DNA from: Alphaproteobacteria bacterium
GTDB taxonomy: Bacteria; Pseudomonadota; Alphaproteobacteria; JAREAF01
DNA length: 64,000 nucleotides
Direction: 5' to 3'
Assembly: GCA_035620695.1 (NCBI GenBank)
Contig: DASPGI010000126.1
Coordinates: 509 to 64,508, forward strand
The position numbers and the translations under genes are program-made. Shown in pieces: positions 9,405-19,311 of the stretch. The notes beneath the pieces are model-generated. The model saw nothing but the letters and a program-made list of their open reading frames with translations, searched no databases and was not told the DNA's origin. Numbering within the stretch: position 1 is the stretch's first letter; each line of letters begins with the position of its first letter.

Positions 9405-9800
9405 CTAAACATGTGATCCGGGCCTTATGGATGGAAGGTCCATATTCATATTGCCACCGGAGGGAATTCCAAGCTGGCGGGGGTTCAGTTCCTGCCAGGA
9501 CTCACCCGTGGCGACCAGACAGCTCACGCCACCCGGTTGGCTCAGCATGATGCTCCAGGTCGAGCCGTCTTCGTTGGTTAGAACCTCTACCAGGGTGCCA
9601 TCATGGGCAAGGCCGACCGCGGCGGGAGTTTCTCTGTATTTTTCATGTAGTTGCGCCAGGATATCGTTGCGCGGGCCGCAGCTCGCTGGCGCTGCTTTCA
9701 CCGCGGATGGAACGGTAACTACGGCCGAGAGCGTAATTATTCCGACGTTTATGAGTTTGTTCTTCGCCTCAAATAAGGGCCCCTCAAATTCCTTCGGCAT
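9405..9800 (-). CDS. Conserved alphaproteobacterial secreted hypothetical protein
   Basis: Hydrophobic N-terminal segment, then CGPR...L...Y.E.P...GL...G.LVEV...G.TWSI...P.G.SCLVATGESW with two Cys; start uncertain. Confidence 0.65.
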   Translation of the reverse strand: MPKEFEGPLFEAKNKLINVGIITLSAVVTVPSAVKAAPASCGPRNDILAQLHEKYRETPAAVGLAHDGTLVEVLTNEDGSTWSIMLSQPGGVSCLVATGESWQELNPRQLGIPSGGNMNMDLPSIRPGSHV

Positions 9801-10218
9801 TTTTACCTCCTACACAGGAAAATTGCCGACGACATTGCGATTGCTTCACTATTTCGTTTGAGAGCCATTACACTACGTTTCAACGATCCATCTACAGAAC
9901 GACGATCGAAAGAACGCGTTTCGATTTTATAGGAATTTTATGAAAGGCTGTGCTGTGGGGTACATTCGCTCGGGAATGGCAAAAGCGAGAGAGCCGCGAG
10001 CTGCTCGCGCGCCCGATCAGAAATGCGCTACCGATCTTCGCATGTGTTCCGACCTCCGCATCGTCGCGTTCTTCATCGGTCACAGGAATTGACGAAGCGG
10101 AGGAGAGGCGATGCAGAGCATGGCGTGGTCACCATCATGCACAGCCTCGGCGATTGGACGAAGATCGGTTCGAGATTGGCACGAGGGGGGGAGGCGGATC
10201 GATCGCAACTGTGCGTTC

Positions 10219-11040
10219 TCAGCGAGCCGATCTATGTCCCTGGACAATTTCCCGTATGAGCGAATTTACGATGTCGGGGCGATGACCGAATGCCGAGCCG
10301 TGCCCGAGGCCTTCCAGGAGATGGAACTGGCCCTGCGGCGCGGCATCGGCGATGACTTTGCCGCGCGCCGGCGGCGTCTGCACGTCGTGTGAGAACGCCA
10401 CTACGTGCAACGGTACCTTGCAGGACGGCAGGCGCGGCAGCGAGTCATAGTCCACGCACGCCTGCCACTGTTCGGCGAGCGCCGCGCCGTCGCGGTTTCC
10501 GTAATCGCGGGCCACCACGGGGCGCACCTTCGACCACATCTCGTCGTCGCCCAGCACCTCGGCCGGATACATGAGAACAGCGTAGTGAGCGAGGGCGAAC
10601 TCGCGCGAAAGAGTTCCACCGGCGCGGCGGAACTCGATCTCCGCATCCTCCCATTCCTTGATGAAGCCCGTCTTGCGCGCGCAGGTGCCCATGATGATCG
10701 CGGCTCGAACCAGATCGGGACGGGTAAGCGATACCTCTTGCGCGATCAGCGATCCCATCGACAGACCGACCAGGAACACGGGCGGCTTGCAGCATCTCTC
10801 GATCAGCTGCGTGCAGTCGGCGGCATGGACCTCGATGGGCCATGGTGGCGGCATGTGGGAGATTGTGCGTCCCACGCCGCGCGCGTCCCAGGTCGTGTTC
10901 CTGAAATCCGCGAATGCGGGCAGCTGATACTCGTGCCAGCTCGCTCCCGGCATGTCGCCGGCGGCGAGCCATACGATGTCCACTCCAGCGCCTGTTTGAT
11001 CGTACCAAATTCTCGCCTGTGGAAGATCGAGGTAGGCCAT
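10219..11040 (-). CDS. Alpha/beta fold hydrolase
   Basis: WDARGVG, nucleophile elbow GLSMG, C-terminal Asp (HDVQ) and His (LGHG). Confidence 0.88.
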   Translation of the reverse strand: MAYLDLPQARIWYDQTGAGVDIVWLAAGDMPGASWHEYQLPAFADFRNTTWDARGVGRTISHMPPPWPIEVHAADCTQLIERCCKPPVFLVGLSMGSLIAQEVSLTRPDLVRAAIIMGTCARKTGFIKEWEDAEIEFRRAGGTLSREFALAHYAVLMYPAEVLGDDEMWSKVRPVVARDYGNRDGAALAEQWQACVDYDSLPRLPSCKVPLHVVAFSHDVQTPPARGKVIADAAPQGQFHLLEGLGHGSAFGHRPDIVNSLIREIVQGHRSAR

Positions 11041-11222
11041 GGCGCTCTTGCCCCGCCGAAACGTTGACTCTCATCACCGACTATAGTCTTATTGGAATAT
11101 TACTTCTTTTACTCGAAGCGGTAGGACAGAATCAAACCGAACAGCTTGCTTCGAGCGCCAGGCGTTTTCTCGTTCCGGTAACGCGATCAGCCCCAGGGAG
11201 TTCTGCTCGGCAGAATATCGGC

Positions 11223-12782
11223 ATGAGCGACAGAAACAGACAAGCCAGCATACGCGGTCCGAAGTTCACGAGGCGCCAGATGATGGGCGCCACGCTTGCC
11301 GGCACGGCGCTCTACACTGTCCCCGGTCTTTCCCCCGCGGCAGCGGCAAAGAAGGGTGGTGTGCTGAGTGTCGGAGCGACCGGTGGCGGAGCCAAGGATC
11401 ACCTCGACGCCCACAATCCCGTCGGATATCCGGATATCGCGCGCACCTACGCCCTTTACGAGCCGCTGCTGAATCGCAATCCCAACTACGAGTATGAGCT
11501 GTTGCTGGCGGAGGAGATCTCGGCCAATCCAAGCGCCGATGTGTGGACTATTCGCCTCAAGCAGGGCACCGAGTTCCACAACGGCAAGACTGTGACGGCG
11601 GATGATGCCATCTCGTCCATCCAGCGGATCATCAACCCGGAGAATCCGAAGGTTGGCGCCGCGGGCCTGACCGACATCGATCCGCAGGGTTTCAAGAAAC
11701 TCGACGAACGCACCTTTTCAATTCAGCTCAAGCAGCCATTTGCGGTATTCGACGAGCAACTGGGCCAGTACTTCAATGGCATCGTTCCGACAGACTATGA
11801 CCCGAACAATCCTGTCGGCACGGGCCCCTTCAAGTTTGGAAGCTTCACGCCCGGAGAGCAAAGCCGCTTTCCCGCCAATCCAAACTACTGGAGAGAAGGC
11901 GAGCCCCATGTTGACGAGCTCGTGATCATCGACTTTCCGGACGACACAGCGCGCGTGAATGCTCTACTCAGCGGCCAGGTGCAAGCCATCGACAATTTGC
12001 CGCTTGGGCAGCTTCGGGCGGTGGAGGCGACCCCGGAGCTGAAGGCGCTCGTCGCGAACACCGGCGCTTGGCTGCCGTTCACGATGCGCGTGGACCAGCC
12101 TCCGTTCGACGATGTGCGGGTGCGCCAGGCCTTCCGGCTTATCGTCGATCGCCAGCAGATGATCGACCAGGCGCTCGCCGGTCAGGGCTGGATCGGCAAC
12201 GATCTCTACTCGCCATTCGATCCGTGCTACGCCTCGCATCTGCCGCAGCGCCAACAGGACCTTGAGAAGGCGAAGGCTTTGCTGAAGGAAGCGGGCAAGG
12301 AAAATCTGGTGGTCGAGCTGGTGACGTCGCCGGTGGCGGCGGGAGTCGTGGAAGCGGCACAGGTGTTCGCCGAACAGGCCAAAGGTGCGGGCGTCACGGT
12401 CAACATCCGCAAGGTCGACAGCGGGGTGTTCTACGGCGACGACTATCTCAAATGGACCTTCGCGCAAGACTTCTGGTTTACGCGCGATTACATTCCGCAG
12501 GTCGCCCAGGGCAGCCTGCCGACGGCGCCATACAACGAGACGCACTGGGCCGACCCGACCTTCATCCAGCTCATCGATCAGGCCCGTGGCACGCTCGATG
12601 GGGCCAAGCGCTGCGAGCTGCTGCACCAAGCCCAGCAGATCGAATATGAGAGCGGCGGCTACATCATCTGGGGTTTCCGCAATCAAGTGGACGCCCATAG
12701 CGCGAAGATCGATGGATTCGTGCCGGCGAAGACGGGAACGCCCCTCGGTAACTACGCCTTTGGAAAGGTCTACTTCGTGTAG
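11223..12782 (+). CDS. ABC transporter substrate-binding protein, family 5 (peptide/nickel), Tat signal
   Basis: TRRQMMG twin-arginine leader; FHNGKTVTADD, PVGTGPF and DVRVRQA motifs. Confidence 0.92.
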   Translation: MSDRNRQASIRGPKFTRRQMMGATLAGTALYTVPGLSPAAAAKKGGVLSVGATGGGAKDHLDAHNPVGYPDIARTYALYEPLLNRNPNYEYELLLAEEISANPSADVWTIRLKQGTEFHNGKTVTADDAISSIQRIINPENPKVGAAGLTDIDPQGFKKLDERTFSIQLKQPFAVFDEQLGQYFNGIVPTDYDPNNPVGTGPFKFGSFTPGEQSRFPANPNYWREGEPHVDELVIIDFPDDTARVNALLSGQVQAIDNLPLGQLRAVEATPELKALVANTGAWLPFTMRVDQPPFDDVRVRQAFRLIVDRQQMIDQALAGQGWIGNDLYSPFDPCYASHLPQRQQDLEKAKALLKEAGKENLVVELVTSPVAAGVVEAAQVFAEQAKGAGVTVNIRKVDSGVFYGDDYLKWTFAQDFWFTRDYIPQVAQGSLPTAPYNETHWADPTFIQLIDQARGTLDGAKRCELLHQAQQIEYESGGYIIWGFRNQVDAHSAKIDGFVPAKTGTPLGNYAFGKVYFV

Positions 12783-12916
12783 CGCTCGGCAGCGGCGAGA
12801 GGGGTAGGGAACAGCCAGAGCGCTCCGGGCGGGGGCGCCTCAGGGTACGCGAGGACGGCGCGTCCGATCGCGCCGTATCGGCGTGTGATTACTCCACCAT
12901 ATGGGATCATAGCGGC

Positions 12917-13870
12917 ATGATCCGCCTGATCTTGCGTCGCTTGGGACTGGGCATTCTCACGCTCTGGTTCGTGTCTCTCGTGGTGTTCGCGGCGACGCAG
13001 GCCCTATCGGGGGACGCCGCCACGGCTCTGCTGGCCAGAACCGCTACGCCCGAGCGGCTTGCGGCGCTGCGTGCGCAACTGCATCTCGACGACCCGGTCT
13101 GGCTGCAATACGTCAAGTGGTTGGGCGGATTGGTCACCGGCGATCTAGGCCGGTCCATGGCAACGCAGAAGCCGGTGGCGGAGCTGATCGGTTTGCGGAT
13201 CGGCAACTCCGCGTTCCTTGTTCTTGTTGCGGCGTTGATCGCCATTCCCGCTTCGATGGTGATAGGGATTGCCAGTGCCGTGCGCCGCGACCGCGGCGTC
13301 GACCACGTGCTCACGATGCTGTCGCTAGTGCTGGCCGCGCTCCCTGAGTTCGTGATTGGCATAGCTCTTATCCTGATCTTTGCCACCGGCTTCTTTCATG
13401 TGCTGCCTGCCGTGGCCTTGCTCGATGACACCCGTCCAATCTGGCAGCAGTTCGATCAGATTCTCCTTCCCGCCCTTACCCTCGACCTCGCGGTGATTCC
13501 ATACATGGCCCGTATCATGCGTGCATCGATGGTTGAGGTGCTGGAAAGCGAGTATGTACAAATGGCGCGGCTCAAGGGCCTGCCGCAGCGGCTGGTGATC
13601 CTGCGCCACGCACTGCCCAATGCGATCGTTCCGGCCGTGCAGGTTACGGCCTTGCAGCTTGCATGGCTCGCCGGCGGCGTGGTCGTGATCGAGTATGTGT
13701 TCCGTTACCCCGGCATCGGCCAAAGCCTGATCGACGGCGTCGCCAATCGGGATCTCCCGGTTGTGCAGGCGTTGAGCCTGCTGGTCGGCGGACTTTACGT
13801 GGCGTTCAACTTATTGGCGGACGTGGTCACGATCCTCGTGACGCCGAAACTGCGGACGAGCCTGCAATGA
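12917..13870 (+). CDS. ABC transporter permease (DppB/OppB-like)
   Basis: GDLGRS and EAA loop (EVLESEYVQMARLKGL), multiple TM helices. Confidence 0.92.
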   Translation: MIRLILRRLGLGILTLWFVSLVVFAATQALSGDAATALLARTATPERLAALRAQLHLDDPVWLQYVKWLGGLVTGDLGRSMATQKPVAELIGLRIGNSAFLVLVAALIAIPASMVIGIASAVRRDRGVDHVLTMLSLVLAALPEFVIGIALILIFATGFFHVLPAVALLDDTRPIWQQFDQILLPALTLDLAVIPYMARIMRASMVEVLESEYVQMARLKGLPQRLVILRHALPNAIVPAVQVTALQLAWLAGGVVVIEYVFRYPGIGQSLIDGVANRDLPVVQALSLLVGGLYVAFNLLADVVTILVTPKLRTSLQ

Positions 13871-14769
13871 GCGGCATCCCAGGCGTGCAGGTGGCAGCTC
13901 CAACAGCAGGACCGAAAGCCCTCCGGGCTCCCTGGCTGCAAACCCTGCTCGCATCGTCGCGTTTCGCGCGCACATGGATCGGGTTGGGCATCACGGCGGC
14001 GGTCGTCGCGGTGGCGCTTCTGGGACCTGTGTTCGCTCCCTACTCTCCCACCGAGTTCGTGGCACCGCCCTATGAGCCGCCGTCGAGCGAGGCGTGGCTT
14101 GGCACCGACAATCTCGGCCGCGACGTGCTCAGCCGGTTCCTGTGGGGCGGGCGCTCGGTGCTAGGGCTTTCCATCCTCGCAACTGTGTTCGGGCTGGGTC
14201 TTGGCATTCTGGTTGGGTTGATATCGGCCTATACGCGCAATTGGATCGACGATGTCTTGATGCGCGCGATGGACGTTCTGCTCGCCTTTCCGCAGATCGT
14301 GTTCGTGCTGCTGTTGATCTCCAGCGTAGGGCCGCAGCTTTGGCTGATAGTGGTCACGGTGGGTCTGTCGCATGCGCCGCGCGTCGCTCGTGTCACCCGC
14401 GGTGCTGCGCTGGAGGTGGTCGAGCGAGATTTCGTCAGGTCCGCCGAGGCGTTGGGAGAAACGCGTTGGAGCATCCTGGTGGGTGAGCTTCTGCCGAACA
14501 TCTCTTCTCCGCTGCTTGTGGAGTTTGGGCTGCGCCTGACCTACTCCATCGGGCTGGTTGCCGCCGTCAGTTTCCTGGGATTTGGGCTGCAGCCGCCGGC
14601 AGCGGACTGGGGATTGATGATCAATGAGAATCGGATCGGCCTTACGATACAGCCCTGGCCGGTGGCGCTGCCCGTGATCGCCGTCGGCCTCCTGACTGTC
14701 GGGACCAATCTGATTACGGATGGGATTGCGCGCGCCGCTATCGGCATAGGTCGGAGCAGCGCCGCGTGA
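13867..14769 (+). CDS. ABC transporter permease (DppC/OppC-like)
   Basis: WLGTDNLGRDVLSR, DFVRSAEALG and LGFGLQPP.ADWG motifs; ATGA overlap with the upstream gene. Confidence 0.92.
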   Translation: MSGIPGVQVAAPTAGPKALRAPWLQTLLASSRFARTWIGLGITAAVVAVALLGPVFAPYSPTEFVAPPYEPPSSEAWLGTDNLGRDVLSRFLWGGRSVLGLSILATVFGLGLGILVGLISAYTRNWIDDVLMRAMDVLLAFPQIVFVLLLISSVGPQLWLIVVTVGLSHAPRVARVTRGAALEVVERDFVRSAEALGETRWSILVGELLPNISSPLLVEFGLRLTYSIGLVAAVSFLGFGLQPPAADWGLMINENRIGLTIQPWPVALPVIAVGLLTVGTNLITDGIARAAIGIGRSSAA

Positions 14770-16577
14770 ACATGCCCGTCGTGAAGATAGCCGGTTTGCG
14801 CATCGGCCTTGCCGGCTCGGCCTTCGATATCGTCGACGAAATCGATTTCCAGATCGGACAGGCCGAGATCGTGGGGCTCGTAGGCGAATCGGGCTCCGGC
14901 AAGACGACGGTCGGCCTCGCCCTGTTGGGATTTTGCCGACGCGGCGGAACGATCGAGGCCGGCCACATCACCATCGCCGGACGCAGCCTGCTCGAGCTGG
15001 GAACGGCTGCGCTGAATGCCGCACGCGGCCAAACCGTGGCCTACATCCCGCAGGATCCCTCGGCCGCACTTAATCCGGCTCTTCGGATCGGCCTGCAGCT
15101 CGAGGAGATGCTCGCGGTTCACCAGCCCGGTCTCGACGACGCCGAGCGCCGCAAGCGCGTGCTCGAGATGCTCGAGGAAGTCAAGCTGCCGACGCAAGAG
15201 CCCTTCCTGAAGCGCTACAAGCATCAGCTATCCGGCGGCCAGCAGCAACGGGTGGCGCTGGCCATGGCGTTTGCCTGTCGGCCGACGGTCATCGTGCTCG
15301 ACGAGCCGACAACCGGTCTTGACGTGACCACCCAGGCCCATGTGCTCGAAACCGTTCGAACCTTGTGCCGCCACTACGGCGTGGCTGCACTGTATGTAAG
15401 CCACGATCTCGCCGTCGTGGCGTCGCTGGCCGACCGGGTGCTGGTGATGTATGCGGGCCGCATCGTGGAGTCGGGCCCGGCCGCCGTGCTTTTTCGCAAT
15501 CCAGCCCACCCCTATACGCGAAGGCTGATCGCCGCGATTCCCGATCTGCACAGGAGACGCAATCTTGTCGGCATCCCGGGCCATGCGCCCTCGCCTGCGC
15601 AGCGCCCCTTGGGCTGCACTTTCGCGCCGCGCTGCGACTATGCGACCGGCGAGTGTCGCGCCCAATTTCCATCGGTTGAGATCATAGCGGCGCACCACTC
15701 CGTACGCTGCTGGCATCACGCGCGCGTTCAGGCCCGTGGCGATGCGCTTTCGGGGAGCGTGGGGGGCGCCGCAAGCCGGGCGTCGGCTGACCCAACCTCT
15801 CCGTTGCTTGCCGTCCGCGATCTTTCTGCCTGGTACGGTCGCCAGCCGGTACTTCACAAAGTGAGCCTGACGCTGGAAGCCGGTGAGTGCATGGCAGTGG
15901 CCGGTGAATCCGGAAGCGGCAAGACCACGTTGGCGCAATGCGTCGCCGGATTGCATCCGACTTTCTCGGGAGAGGTGATGCTCGCGGGCAAGGTGCTGGA
16001 GCCTCAGGCCCGGCGACGGCCGCGTTCGGTGCGCCGGGCGATTCAGTATGTGTTCCAAAGCCCTTATGCTTCGCTCAATCCGCGTCGCACCGTCGGCCAG
16101 ATCGTCGCGCGTCCTCTATACGTGTTCTTCGACGTCGGACACCGGCAAGCGCGGGAACGCGTGGCCGCCCATCTTGAGCGGGTGGCGTTGAGCCCGGCCT
16201 TGATCGACCGGTACCCGGATCAGTTGAGCGGTGGCGAGCGCCAGCGTGTCGCGCTTGCGCGCGCGCTCGCGGCCGACCCGCAGGTCCTTGTGTGCGATGA
16301 GGTGACATCGGCGCTGGACGTTTCTGTGCAGGCTGCCCTTGTCGAGTTGCTGGCGGAACTGCAGCGCAGCATGAATCTGGGCTTGTTGTTCATCACCCAC
16401 AATCTCGCATTGATCCGCACCATCGCCGACCGGGTTGCGGTCATGAGCGGTGGGCGCATCGTCGAAAGCGCTGAGGTTGAATCGGTTTTCGGCTCACCGA
16501 AGGCGGACTATACGCGAGAGCTTCTGGCCAACAGCCCCAGCCTGGATTCGCATGCCCCGATCAGCCAATCTGTATGA
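14766..16577 (+). CDS. Fused double-ATPase ABC subunit (DppD/F-like)
   Basis: Two Walker A motifs (GESGSGKT), two LSGG signatures, DEPT/DEVT Walker B. Confidence 0.93.
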   Translation: MNMPVVKIAGLRIGLAGSAFDIVDEIDFQIGQAEIVGLVGESGSGKTTVGLALLGFCRRGGTIEAGHITIAGRSLLELGTAALNAARGQTVAYIPQDPSAALNPALRIGLQLEEMLAVHQPGLDDAERRKRVLEMLEEVKLPTQEPFLKRYKHQLSGGQQQRVALAMAFACRPTVIVLDEPTTGLDVTTQAHVLETVRTLCRHYGVAALYVSHDLAVVASLADRVLVMYAGRIVESGPAAVLFRNPAHPYTRRLIAAIPDLHRRRNLVGIPGHAPSPAQRPLGCTFAPRCDYATGECRAQFPSVEIIAAHHSVRCWHHARVQARGDALSGSVGGAASRASADPTSPLLAVRDLSAWYGRQPVLHKVSLTLEAGECMAVAGESGSGKTTLAQCVAGLHPTFSGEVMLAGKVLEPQARRRPRSVRRAIQYVFQSPYASLNPRRTVGQIVARPLYVFFDVGHRQARERVAAHLERVALSPALIDRYPDQLSGGERQRVALARALAADPQVLVCDEVTSALDVSVQAALVELLAELQRSMNLGLLFITHNLALIRTIADRVAVMSGGRIVESAEVESVFGSPKADYTRELLANSPSLDSHAPISQSV

Positions 16578-16604
16578 CACCGACGGCACAGCGCTCTGCG
16601 GACA

Positions 16605-17591
16605 ATGACCATGGAACGATACAACATGCTCCAGGACGAAGGTATCCGCCGATTCGTGCTGGAGTCGGAATCATTGCGTCCCGCATACGCTGCCGGCGCC
16701 GCGATCGCCGAGCAGCGGATTTTCTACGACCGGCTATGCAGGCATTTTCGACGGCCGCGGCCGATTGGAATAGAGGTTCAAGACCTCTTCGTGAATGGTC
16801 CTGATGCAAGTGTATCGATTCGGCTCTACCGTCCAATGACCATAGGTTCGCTGCCCGCTCTGCTCTATTTGCATGGCGGCGGCTATATGCTGGGCGGTCT
16901 GGACAGCCATGACGATATTTGCGCCGAGATCGCCGACCGGGCCGGCGTTGCCGTCATCGCCATTGCCTACCGGCTTGCGCCGGAAGACCTGTTCCCGGCC
17001 GCCTTTGAAGACTGCCGGGCGGTACGCGATTGGGTCGCTTGCAGCGGTGCGGAACACGGCATCCGTTCCGACACCATCGCCATCGCAGGCGACAGCGCCG
17101 GAGGCGGTTTGGCGGCGGCTTTGGCGCTCGATGCCCGGGATAGAGGGGCGCCGCGGATCTCGGGGCAAATCTTGGTCTATCCCGACCTTGGCGGTGATAC
17201 GAGCAAGGGCTCTTATGTGGAACATGCCCAGGCGCCCGGCCTCACCACTGACGATGTCCGCTGTTATCGCTCAGCCTATCTCGGATCTTCCGTGGACCCC
17301 GCGCTGGGGAGCAAGTTCGCTCATCCCTTGAGGGAAAGCAGCTTTGACGGCGTTGCTCCGGCCTTTCTGGTCGCGGCCGAATGGGACCCCTTGCGCGACG
17401 ATTGCTTCGAATATGCCGGGCGTCTGCAAGCTTGCGGGGTTCCCGTCACCGTGCGACACGAGCCGCTGCTCGTGCATGCATTCTTGCGCGCGCGCCACAT
17501 GAGCAAACCCGCCGCCGAAAGCTTCACCGCCATTGCGGCAGCGGTTCGGTCTCTTGCCTACAAGAAGGAGCTGCCGTTGCAGGCCGCTTAG
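16605..17591 (+). CDS. Hormone-sensitive-lipase family esterase (alpha/beta hydrolase_3)
   Basis: HGGG oxyanion motif, GDSAGG nucleophile, DPLRDD, HAF. Confidence 0.9.
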   Translation: MTMERYNMLQDEGIRRFVLESESLRPAYAAGAAIAEQRIFYDRLCRHFRRPRPIGIEVQDLFVNGPDASVSIRLYRPMTIGSLPALLYLHGGGYMLGGLDSHDDICAEIADRAGVAVIAIAYRLAPEDLFPAAFEDCRAVRDWVACSGAEHGIRSDTIAIAGDSAGGGLAAALALDARDRGAPRISGQILVYPDLGGDTSKGSYVEHAQAPGLTTDDVRCYRSAYLGSSVDPALGSKFAHPLRESSFDGVAPAFLVAAEWDPLRDDCFEYAGRLQACGVPVTVRHEPLLVHAFLRARHMSKPAAESFTAIAAAVRSLAYKKELPLQAA

Positions 17592-18142
17592 GTCCGGATC
17601 GAGGCGAAGAGCGCTTCGACCGTGCCCTTGTGCTTGTCGAAATAGTGCAGGCGCGCCCCGGTATAGAGAATGAGATGGAGCCCGCCGTCTCGGCGCGCGC
17701 CTAGGACCGTGCCGAGCCCGTCCAATCCGCTTGGATACTGGAAGGAGAGATCGAACCGGAATCCGGGCCAGGCCCCAAACGGCGCGGGGCGCAAGTTGGC
17801 GGCGGTGACGGAATGCGCTCCGGTCGAGATCAGGCTGTCGACGACGAACTCCATGATCTCGCTTTCGCTCATCGTGGGGCGATAGGTGGGCGCATGCTTC
17901 TCGCCGAGGACACGGTAGAGGGTGTCGCCTTCCTCGAGCCCCGTTATGAATCCGAGTTGCTCCAATAGCGGCCCGTCAACGGTCCAGGTTTCGCGCTTGC
18001 CGTCTTGGGTTCGGCTCCAAGCTATCTGCGGATCGATGCTGTAGGCGTCTTTGATCGTGATCCGGGTCGGCGCGACCTCGGCATAGCTCGTGCAGCCGGC
18101 TAGGAGGAGGATCGCCATTACCAGGGACAGGCAGCGAAACAT
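17588..18142 (-). CDS. Hypothetical lipoprotein
   Basis: Lipobox LLLAGC; co-transcribed downstream of the M48 gene. Confidence 0.7.
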   Translation of the reverse strand: MFRCLSLVMAILLLAGCTSYAEVAPTRITIKDAYSIDPQIAWSRTQDGKRETWTVDGPLLEQLGFITGLEEGDTLYRVLGEKHAPTYRPTMSESEIMEFVVDSLISTGAHSVTAANLRPAPFGAWPGFRFDLSFQYPSGLDGLGTVLGARRDGGLHLILYTGARLHYFDKHKGTVEALFASIRT

Positions 18143-18153
18143 CGAGCGCTCCG

Positions 18154-19311
18154 TCAGGATGGGGAGGCAAGCCAGGCTTCGATCATCGCGCGGTCGGGTG
18201 CGTCGGGCGCCAGTCGGAGATACTCGGTGAAGGCCGCGCGCGCCTCCTCGGGCTTCCCCATCCGACGATAGACTTCGCCAAGACCGCGCCGCGCCTCGGC
18301 CGGCCCGTCCGGTTGGGCGAGCGCAGCCTGATATGCCTCGACGGCCTTGCGCTCATCGCCGTCCTCCCCGCGTAGCCGGTACAGTTCGCCCCGGTAGTAA
18401 GCGATCTCGCCACGATTGCGGCCGGCATGGTCCAGATGATCGAGCACGACTTCCGTTCGCCCGAAATTCCGCCGCCGCAGCTCGTCGCGCAACCACTTGC
18501 CTCTGAACGGCAAGGTCGCCGCCAGATACGCATCCTCGTTGGTCGCACCTTCCGTCGCGGCCGCGATTGCGGCAAGGGCGCCGAGGTTCTTCACGCGCTC
18601 TTGCATGCCCGGATGGGTGGCGAAGAAAAAGAACGGCTGATTCTCCTCGCCGGCCTCGCTCTCCTCGATCAGCGCTTGCCAAAGTGCCACTGCCTCGTCG
18701 GGATCGTACCCGGCCTGGACCATGCGCTCGAAGCCGATGGCGTCGGCCTCGCGCTCATGGTCCCTGCCATAGGCCATAAAACCGCCGACCGCGGCCAGAT
18801 CGACCGCATAGCCGGCAACGCCGACGCCCGCCCCTGCCAGGACGATGTTCGCGAACAGCATGAAGTTTGAGGTGTCCTTGGCCGCACGCCACTGCTTGAC
18901 CGTATGCCGGCGCTGATAGTGGCCGATCTCGTGCCCCAGGATATAGGCGAGCTGCGCCTCGTTCCGGCAGCGCAGCATCAGGCCAGTCCATACCGACATG
19001 AACCCGTTCGGGGCCATGCTCGCGTTGAATTCGGGAACTTCGACGAGATAGATGCGGATATCCGCACACAGCTCCGGTGCGACCTTGCAGGCGACGGAGC
19101 GCAGATAGGCGTTGAGGGCGGGGTCCTCAACCACGCGGCCGGAGCTGCGCAGATTGGCTTCCGCCCGCTCCATGACCAGCCAGAGCCCCGCTTCGTCGCT
19201 TTGTTCGGCGGGCCGGTCCCCCGGCGCGATGTCGGCGACCTTCGCGGCGCTGACGCATCCGGCAAGCAGCAGGCCAAGGATCGCGGCGCGGCCGACCCTT
19301 CCCCTCGTCAC
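18154..19311 (-). CDS. M48 family Zn metalloprotease lipoprotein with C-terminal TPR
   Basis: Lipobox LLAGC; NASMAPNG, HEIGH, E.EAD and THP motifs; TPR-like C-terminus. Confidence 0.9.
   Translation of the reverse strand: MTRGRVGRAAILGLLLAGCVSAAKVADIAPGDRPAEQSDEAGLWLVMERAEANLRSSGRVVEDPALNAYLRSVACKVAPELCADIRIYLVEVPEFNASMAPNGFMSVWTGLMLRCRNEAQLAYILGHEIGHYQRRHTVKQWRAAKDTSNFMLFANIVLAGAGVGVAGYAVDLAAVGGFMAYGRDHEREADAIGFERMVQAGYDPDEAVALWQALIEESEAGEENQPFFFFATHPGMQERVKNLGALAAIAAATEGATNEDAYLAATLPFRGKWLRDELRRRNFGRTEVVLDHLDHAGRNRGEIAYYRGELYRLRGEDGDERKAVEAYQAALAQPDGPAEARRGLGEVYRRMGKPEEARAAFTEYLRLAPDAPDRAMIEAWLASPS

Noticed and set aside
9950-10392. Several short plus-strand ORFs (9950-10285, 10023-10259, 10111-10392)
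   Set aside because: Mutually overlapping, partly antisense to the hydrolase gene, with no motifs
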